Positions 58,069-64,000 of a stretch of 64,000 nt of DNA are shown piece by piece; position 1 is the first letter of the stretch; the number at the start of each line of letters is the position of its first letter. The position numbers were made by a program, and so were the translations under genes. This DNA comes from an archaeon (GTDB lineage: Archaea; Nanobdellota; Nanobdellia; SCGC-AAA011-G17; GW2011-AR17). The notes beneath the pieces are model-generated. The model was given only the letters and a program-made list of their open reading frames with translations. It was not told the DNA's origin and searched no databases. The stretch is from the NCBI GenBank assembly GCA_018653605.1, contig JABHYY010000041.1, forward strand, positions 2,874 through 66,873, read 5' to 3'.

Positions 58069-58544
58069 TTATACAAAACAATCTAGGACTTTCCATCTTT
58101 GAAGGAATGCTGAACCTTCATCACTAACAATTAAGTGTTTTACATTTATTTGTCCTGTACTTATTGTTGAAACTCCCCATCTAATGTGTCCTTTGTCTTG
58201 TAGGTATTGTTGATCCTTAAGTTTTTCATCATATCCTCTAGAGAAATCTCTAAGTTCTCTATAATTTCTTAATAGGTCTTGTATGTATTCTATCATCTTA
58301 TTGGTCTTGTGCTTGATAACCCACAATCATTGCAAATGTAAGCATTAAATCTGTTTTGACTTCCATCTAGTCTTGTTGTATAACTTGGGCCCCATCTTTG
58401 TACATTTTGGTGTGGACAATTATTTTGTTGTAATTTTATTTCTTGAACAACCCTTTCTATGTCAACACCCTCTAAATTAAAATGTGGTAGAGGATTTGTT
58501 CTATCTGGATCTGGATGCCATAAGTTGTATAGTTGTTCTGTCAT
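58069..58544 (-). CDS. Zn-ribbon protein encoded by two overlapping frames (possible frameshift/pseudogene or overlapping gene pair)
   Basis: The upstream ORF (58293..58544) has CPHQN...CNDCG and ends 34 nt inside the downstream ORF (58069..58326), whose only available start is TTG. Confidence 0.35.
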
Positions 58545-58583
58545 AAATATGTAAGGTTAAGCTTGAATATATATTTTTGGGTG

Positions 58584-59051
58584 TTAGAAAAAATAAATTC
58601 CTATTAAAATTACTATATTTAAAATTAAAAAATAGTTTTCTGAAATACCTTTTTCTTTTTTGTACCATGAAGGTTTAGGAAATGGTTTGAAAAAACCTAT
58701 GTTAACATTTTTTTTTGAAAAAGGGGCTAATGGTGATACTTCATGTATTGTTAGGTAGTCTTGGATTATGTGTAGGGTGTAAGGTATGATAACTAAGAAA
58801 AAGTATTCTGGTTTTATTGTGCTAAGTATTAAGCCTAAAGGAATTCCTATAATGATTAAACTAAATGGTTCTTCAATCCAAGTCCTGTGGTGTTTTTTTG
58901 GTTTTTTCAAATAAATCCCAATTAATTGGTTTAAATCTAATAAGATGCTGAATATTAAGGAGAATATTAATATTTCAGTTGTTGAAATACTATTTTGAAA
59001 TATTAGGAACAATACTATGAATGATGTTAGGAAGTGGTTTAATGGATTCAT
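58584..59051 (-). CDS. Polytopic membrane protein (possibly membrane-bound metal-dependent hydrolase family)
   Basis: 4-5 predicted TM helices. Conserved His residues (HHRTW, YTLHIIQDY) are reminiscent of DUF457/YdjM-like proteins. Confidence 0.45.
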   Translation of the reverse strand: MNPLNHFLTSFIVLFLIFQNSISTTEILIFSLIFSILLDLNQLIGIYLKKPKKHHRTWIEEPFSLIIIGIPLGLILSTIKPEYFFLVIIPYTLHIIQDYLTIHEVSPLAPFSKKNVNIGFFKPFPKPSWYKKEKGISENYFLILNIVILIGIYFF

Positions 59052-59130
59052 GAATATGTTATGGTGGAATAGAATATATATGTTTTGATATTGTGTGTGT
59101 ATATAAATTTGTAAAAATAAATTTATTAAA

Positions 59131-60561
59131 ATGGATGAAAAGATACCTATTCCTGACTTGACTAGAGGAGAAGCTAGATGGGCAAGGTATAATGCTGAAA
59201 GAAAAAGGCTTTGGGAAGAGAATCAGTCTTTTGCTAAAAGGAGTATAGTTCATCGAGATTTTGATATAAGATCTGTTTTTGAACATCTTGATGTAGATCC
59301 TGATTTATTTTTAGGTTATTATCTTTTTGATGAAGCAATGTATAGGTGTGATTTTTTTGAAGAGTGGTTAGAAAATAAAAAAACAAGGGCACAGTTGAAT
59401 AAAATAATGAGGTTTTTGCCTAGTAATGATTTAGAAGATGTAGAAACAGAAAGTAGAGGTTTTTGGACTGAAGGAGAAAGACTTGGTGATAAAGTTATAA
59501 AAAGGCGAATTGCAATTGTTAAAAGATATATTGGATTGCCTGAAGCATTTGAATTAGTTGCTGAATATTCTGGGAGTTCTGAGGCTGGAAGAGATTTAGC
59601 TGAATTTGGAAGATTAGCAAGAAGAGAGCTTGGTGAATTTGAAAGATTTGTTAGGCCTATGAAAGAGACTATGCAATATAAACAAAAGGGATGTTTAGAT
59701 GATGAGTGGGCAAATGATTGTTATAGCAAAATGTATGGTTTTAGAAGATTATTACATCATCTTAGGGATGTAAAATTTAGATTAACTCGTTATAAAAAGA
59801 TGTGTAAACCATTTGAATTACAAATTAATGGCCAAAGAATTCCAATTTGTAAACCTGTTTTTCTTGATCCTGATAGAAGGGAGTGTCGTATTAAAGGTGC
59901 GTATAATCCTTTGCATTTTGTGTTTGAAAAGATTGAAGTGGGGGGAAGAAGGAAAAGAGTTCTTACAAGTTTGAATGTTCCAAATGATGTTTGTATAGAT
60001 GACAAGCATAGGCACACTTATATTTATGGGCCTAACAGTAGAGGAAAATCTGTTTATATTAATACTTCTGCTTTGAATATGCATCTTCCTATGAATGGAA
60101 GTTATTGTTTTGCTGAATCTTGTGAGATATCTTTTCCTGGAAGGTTGTATCCTTGTTTTGATTTGGGTGATACTGTTGGTCATGGACATTTTGCTACAGG
60201 TGGAAGAAAACTTGATGCAATGTTAGATGGTGTTAGAATAGATGATGTTGTTTTTTTAGATGAGCATGCTGGTGGTGCTGAGCCTGATCAAGAAGTTTTG
60301 ATTGCAAGGGGTATTACTGAAGCATTAACTAGGCATAGGATTACTTTTTTGCATGCAACTAATGATAGAAGGGTTTGGAGACATAAGGTTGGGAAAGGTA
60401 GAACAGAGGTTTTACAAGTTGCAGCTTATTCTGATGAAGAGAATAAGTTTAGGGTTTGGCCTGGTTTTGCTAAACCTGGATATTCTATGGAAATGGCTAA
60501 AGAAATGAGGATTGATCCCGAGTCTGCTTATAATAGATTGGCTGAAAGGTTTGGGAAGTAA
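59131..60561 (+). CDS. Divergent MutS-domain-V-like ABC ATPase with novel N-terminal domain
   Basis: The C-terminal 180 aa carry a MutS-type ATPase (details in the finding at 59131-60561). The N-terminal 300 aa are unassigned and R/D/E-rich. Confidence 0.55.
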   Translation: MDEKIPIPDLTRGEARWARYNAERKRLWEENQSFAKRSIVHRDFDIRSVFEHLDVDPDLFLGYYLFDEAMYRCDFFEEWLENKKTRAQLNKIMRFLPSNDLEDVETESRGFWTEGERLGDKVIKRRIAIVKRYIGLPEAFELVAEYSGSSEAGRDLAEFGRLARRELGEFERFVRPMKETMQYKQKGCLDDEWANDCYSKMYGFRRLLHHLRDVKFRLTRYKKMCKPFELQINGQRIPICKPVFLDPDRRECRIKGAYNPLHFVFEKIEVGGRRKRVLTSLNVPNDVCIDDKHRHTYIYGPNSRGKSVYINTSALNMHLPMNGSYCFAESCEISFPGRLYPCFDLGDTVGHGHFATGGRKLDAMLDGVRIDDVVFLDEHAGGAEPDQEVLIARGITEALTRHRITFLHATNDRRVWRHKVGKGRTEVLQVAAYSDEENKFRVWPGFAKPGYSMEMAKEMRIDPESAYNRLAERFGK

Positions 60562-60603
60562 TTTTAACATAATTTAATAAATGATTTGATATTATTTTAT
60601 GAT

Positions 60604-61170
60604 ATGAAAGCAATAATATTTGATTGGGGTGGTGTTCTTGCACCTTCTGATAACAAAGTAGCAATTATTAGGTTAAAGAAAAACTTTGATTTTGATGAGA
60701 ATGCTTTTCAGGATTATTTTAATAAACATGAAGATGATCTTTGTGATACTAATGAGTATAAAGATTTTTTATCTAAAGCTAGTAAAAAGTTTAATATTCC
60801 TAAAGAGTCAATTGTGAATGCTTTGAATGCAGATCCACCTGATGAAGATTTTGAAATTGCTAAAGAATTGTCTAAAAAATATAAACTGTATCTTTTATCT
60901 AATCAACTAAAGTTTAGAACTGATTATATTAAGAAAACTTTTGATTTGGATTTTTTTGATGAAGTGTTTTTTTCTAATGAAATTGGTTTAAAGAAGCCTT
61001 CTGAAAAAGCTTTTGAGTATGTTTTGAAAAAGATTGGTCAAAAATCTGAAGATTGTTTATTTATTGATGATTATTCTCCTAATATTGCTGTGGCTAAAAA
61101 ATTGGGATTCAACGTTATTCTGTTTAAGGGTTTTGAAGAGTTTAAGGTTGAGTTGGATAGGTTATTGTAG
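60604..61170 (+). CDS. HAD-like hydrolase (variant motif I FDWGGVL)
   Basis: MKAIIFDWGGVLAP resembles the HAD subfamily IA variant (YihX-like FDLGNVI). The ATG at 60604 is likelier than the track TTG at 60586. Confidence 0.6.
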   Translation: MKAIIFDWGGVLAPSDNKVAIIRLKKNFDFDENAFQDYFNKHEDDLCDTNEYKDFLSKASKKFNIPKESIVNALNADPPDEDFEIAKELSKKYKLYLLSNQLKFRTDYIKKTFDLDFFDEVFFSNEIGLKKPSEKAFEYVLKKIGQKSEDCLFIDDYSPNIAVAKKLGFNVILFKGFEEFKVELDRLL

Positions 61171-61302
61171 GGAAATTCTAAACTTTGACTACAAATTAAG
61201 CTTTAAATCCCTAAATTCTGCAAAATTAGCCGTCAAAACAAAAAATGACCCTAAACTACTGTTACGAAAAATTTATTAAAGCTCAATTAAATTTCTAGGG
61301 GT

Positions 61303-63585
61303 ATGAAAGACATTAGATTGAAGGTTATGGAAGCTCTTAGGGAGGAAGCCTATAAAGGTATTATTAGGATAGATTCTGAAACTATGCGAGAGATTGGAGT
61401 TAGGGTTGGAGATATTGTTGAGATTGAGGGTGGAAGGAAAACTTTAGGTATTGTAGATAGAGCTTATCCCACTGATGTTGGACAGACTGTTATTAGGATG
61501 GATGGAATTGTTAGGAGAAATGCTAAGACTGGGATTGGTGAGATTGTTGAAGTTAGAAAATCTGATGTTAGAGAGGCTAAGCAAGTTACTGTTGCTCCTG
61601 CACAGAAAGGTGTTACAATTAAAGTTGATCCTAGAATGTTTAAGAGAGGGTTGTTGGGTCGTGCTGTTTACAAAGGTGATATTTTTGCTTTAGGTGGAAC
61701 TAAAAGTAGGAAAAGGACTTTGTCTGATAGTCCATTTTTTGATGATGTTTTTCCACAAGAGATGCTTGAAGAGTTTATGGGGGTTGGTTCTTTTGGTATG
61801 GCTAGTTTGAAGTTTGTTGTTGCTGATACTGCTCCTAAAGATTCTGTTATTATTACTGAAGCTACTGAGTTGGTTGTGAAAGCTCGTGCTGTTGAGGTTA
61901 TTGAAGAAAGAATTCCTGATGTTTCTTATGAGGATATTGGTGGGTTGACTGAAGAGATTAAAAAAGTTAGAGAGTTGGTTGAGTTGCCTTTGAAACATCC
62001 TGAACTTTTTGAAAGGTTGGGTATTGAACCTCCTAAAGGTGTTCTTTTGCATGGGCCACCTGGTTGTGGAAAAACTCTTTTGGCAAAAGCTGTTGCTAAC
62101 GAGAGTGATGCTAATTTTATTTTAGTTAATGGTCCTGAAGTTATTAGTAAGTTTGTTGGTGAGGCTGAGAAAAAGATTAGACAAATCTTTGATGATGCTG
62201 AAAAAAAGTCACCTTCAATTATTTTTATTGATGAGATTGATGCAATTGCTTCAAAAAGAGAGGAAAGTTATGGTGAAGTTGAGAAAAGGGTTGTTGCACA
62301 GTTGTTGGCTGTTCTTGATGGTTTGAAATCTCGTGGTAAGGTTGTTATTATTGCTGCAACTAATCGTCCTAATGCAATTGATCCTGCTTTGAGAAGACCT
62401 GGGCGGTTTGATAGAGAGATTGTTATTGGTGTTCCTGATAAAAAAGGTAGATTGAATATTTTGAAAATTCATACTCGGACTATGCCTCTTGCTAAAGGTG
62501 TTAATTTGAAAAAGTGGGCAAACAAAACTCATGGTTTTGTTGGAGCTGACCTTTCTGCACTTTGTAAGGAAGCTGCATTGAATGTTGTTCGAAGAGTTTT
62601 GCCTGATATTAATATGAAAGATAATGGTTCTTTGAATCAAAAAGTTTTAGAAAAATTAATTATTGAAGATTCTGATTTTGAAGCTGCAATGAAGATGGTT
62701 TCACCTTCTGCAATGAGAGAGGTTGTTGTTGAAGCGCCTAATGTTGTTTGGAAAGATGTTGGTGGGTTGACTGCTTTGAAAAGAGATTTGAAAGAGGCTG
62801 TTGAGTGGCCAATGAAGTATGGTGCTCGGTTTAAAAAATTAGGAATTAGAAGTCCTAGAGGTGTTTTGTTGTATGGTCCACCTGGTTGTGGAAAAACTCT
62901 TTTAGCAAAAGCTGTTTCTAATGAATCAGAAGCTAACTTTATCTTAGTTAAAGGTCCTGAGTTGTTAAACAAATGGGTTGGAGAATCTGAAAAAGGTGTT
63001 CGTGAAATATTTAAGAAAGCTCGTCAGGTTTCACCTTGTATAATTTTCTTTGATGAAATTGATGCTATTGCTGGTGTTCGTGGTCGAGATAGTGGTAGCA
63101 ATGTTACTGAGAGAATTGTTAATACTATGTTAACTGAAATTGATGGGCTTGAAGAGTTGAATGATGTTGTTGTGATTGCTGCAACTAATAGACCTGATAT
63201 TTTAGATCCTGCTCTTTTGAGACCTGGGCGGTTTGATAGGATTTTGTTAGCTAATGTTCCTGATGTTAAGGCTCGTGAAGAGATCTTTAAAATCCATATA
63301 AAAAATATGCCTCTTGCTAAAGATGTTAAGTTGAAACAGTTGGTTGAGAAGACTGCTGGTTATGCAGGAAGTGATATTGAAGGTCTTGTTTGTGAGGCTG
63401 GAATGTTGGCTCTTAGAGAGGATCTTAGTGCTTCAGAAGTTGGAATGAAACATTTTGAAGAGGCTTTGACAAAAATTATTCCTTCAATCAGAGAGAAAGA
63501 TGTTGATAAGTATAAGAAGATTGAAGGTGAGTATATTAGGACTGCTCGTGGTGCTGCTATAAGTAAAGATTCTTATTTTGGTTGA
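61303..63585 (+). CDS. cdc48: Cdc48/VCP-like AAA+ ATPase
   Basis: N-terminal double-psi barrel domain, then two AAA modules: D1 ([29 protein letters not shown]) and D2 ([29 protein letters not shown]). Confidence 0.9.
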   Translation: MKDIRLKVMEALREEAYKGIIRIDSETMREIGVRVGDIVEIEGGRKTLGIVDRAYPTDVGQTVIRMDGIVRRNAKTGIGEIVEVRKSDVREAKQVTVAPAQKGVTIKVDPRMFKRGLLGRAVYKGDIFALGGTKSRKRTLSDSPFFDDVFPQEMLEEFMGVGSFGMASLKFVVADTAPKDSVIITEATELVVKARAVEVIEERIPDVSYEDIGGLTEEIKKVRELVELPLKHPELFERLGIEPPKGVLLHGPPGCGKTLLAKAVANESDANFILVNGPEVISKFVGEAEKKIRQIFDDAEKKSPSIIFIDEIDAIASKREESYGEVEKRVVAQLLAVLDGLKSRGKVVIIAATNRPNAIDPALRRPGRFDREIVIGVPDKKGRLNILKIHTRTMPLAKGVNLKKWANKTHGFVGADLSALCKEAALNVVRRVLPDINMKDNGSLNQKVLEKLIIEDSDFEAAMKMVSPSAMREVVVEAPNVVWKDVGGLTALKRDLKEAVEWPMKYGARFKKLGIRSPRGVLLYGPPGCGKTLLAKAVSNESEANFILVKGPELLNKWVGESEKGVREIFKKARQVSPCIIFFDEIDAIAGVRGRDSGSNVTERIVNTMLTEIDGLEELNDVVVIAATNRPDILDPALLRPGRFDRILLANVPDVKAREEIFKIHIKNMPLAKDVKLKQLVEKTAGYAGSDIEGLVCEAGMLALREDLSASEVGMKHFEEALTKIIPSIREKDVDKYKKIEGEYIRTARGAAISKDSYFG

Positions 63586-63638
63586 ATCCTTTAAGAAAGC
63601 ATTCATGGAAACATAGCGAACTTTTAGTTCACTTCTTT

Positions 63639-63917
63639 TTATTTATTTTTGAGCTTGCTATTTTTTGTGTTTAATGCTTTGGTTAGAATTGCTATTGCAA
63701 AATTAATTATTGCTGTTAGAAGAAATGCTAAGATTGCTTGTATTGCAAAATACTTTTCTGCAAAAAAATAGGCACCCAAGTTTGCTACTGCAAATAAAGC
63801 CCAAGCCAATGCACTTACTCCTTGTGCTTTTTTATTTTTTATAATTTTGTATAGTTGTATAGATGCTGCTGTGGGTAAAATTATTGCTGGTAACCATCCT
63901 ACTATGTCTATTAACAT
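63639..63917 (-). CDS. PQ-loop-like 3-TM membrane protein (second SemiSWEET-like)
   Basis: 92 aa and 3 TM. LPTAASIQLYKIIKNKKAQGVSALAWAL resembles the PQ-loop motif (compare LPQTIKSWKTKSTKDLSLS at 15876..16130). Confidence 0.4.
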   Translation of the reverse strand: MLIDIVGWLPAIILPTAASIQLYKIIKNKKAQGVSALAWALFAVANLGAYFFAEKYFAIQAILAFLLTAIINFAIAILTKALNTKNSKLKNK

Positions 63918-64000
63918 TTTGTTAGAATTACTGGTTTATCTTTTACTAACACTGTGTGCTCTGCTTGTGAAACTAAACCTTTTGTTTCTTCAATAAGTTG
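63911..64000 (-). CDS. C-terminal end of a minus-strand gene continuing beyond the window
   Basis: Reverse-complement reading gives ...QLIEETKGLVSQAEHTVLVKDKPVILTKC then a stop, overlapping the next gene start (ATGTTAA). Confidence 0.3.
   Translation of the reverse strand, partial: QLIEETKGLVSQAEHTVLVKDKPVILTKC

Noticed and set aside
56447-60561. Nucleotide-level GC island marking recent HGT
   Set aside because: Local GC looks similar to the flanks by eye. Only amino-acid usage differs, so a recent island is not supported.
61034-62972. Short ORFs overlapping the HAD gene end and the cdc48 gene (61034..61279, 61475..61693, 61690..62052, 62129..62326, 62251..62640, 62637..62972)
   Set aside because: Alternative-frame or antisense artefacts of the G+T-rich coding strand. 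cdc48 has full-length AAA+ motifs.
1-64000. tRNA/rRNA genes
   Set aside because: All intergenic regions longer than 80 bp were inspected. None shows a GC-rich cloverleaf-like segment or rRNA-like conservation. All are AT-rich promoter-like sequence.

Overview
AT-rich (roughly one-third GC) archaeal chromosomal segment, most likely from a small-genome DPANN-like archaeon. The evidence for that is PolD, Orc1/Cdc6, LonB, Cdc48, RadB, a XerA-type recombinase and giant Cys-rich surface proteins; this is an inference from gene content only. A predicted oriC lies at about 16.8-17.25 kb: three ORB/G-string-like elements flank an AT-rich unwinding element directly upstream of orc1/cdc6 and the PolD small subunit. 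The PolD large subunit sits 16 kb further on, separated from them by three cell-surface genes (two giant Cys/Trp-rich proteins and an anchored metalloprotease) that share a C-terminal acidic + TM anchor. It also carries a roughly 167-aa Hint/intein-like insertion inside the conserved catalytic CDGDE motif. Other content: argS, serS, bacterial-type mutS and mutL, topoisomerase IA, a metallophosphoesterase followed by three tandem Hanks-type Ser/Thr kinases, TrmB/PadR regulators, a tyrosine recombinase next to a repeat-dense wHTH locus, and two PQ-loop (SemiSWEET-like) proteins. The most unusual locus is at 8.76-13.93 kb: a dCMP deaminase diverges from a four-gene operon encoding a fusion of an MtrA-like pterin-binding domain with a thymidylate-synthase-fold (ThyA-like) domain, a HAD phosphatase, a ParB/Srx-like DGxHR protein and a tandem cytidine-deaminase-fold protein. 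I propose it as a candidate, apparently undescribed pyrimidine nucleotide or DNA-base modification (or non-folate thymidylate) pathway. No tRNA, rRNA or CRISPR array was found by eye. The ORF track uses alternative start codons, so several starts were adjusted.
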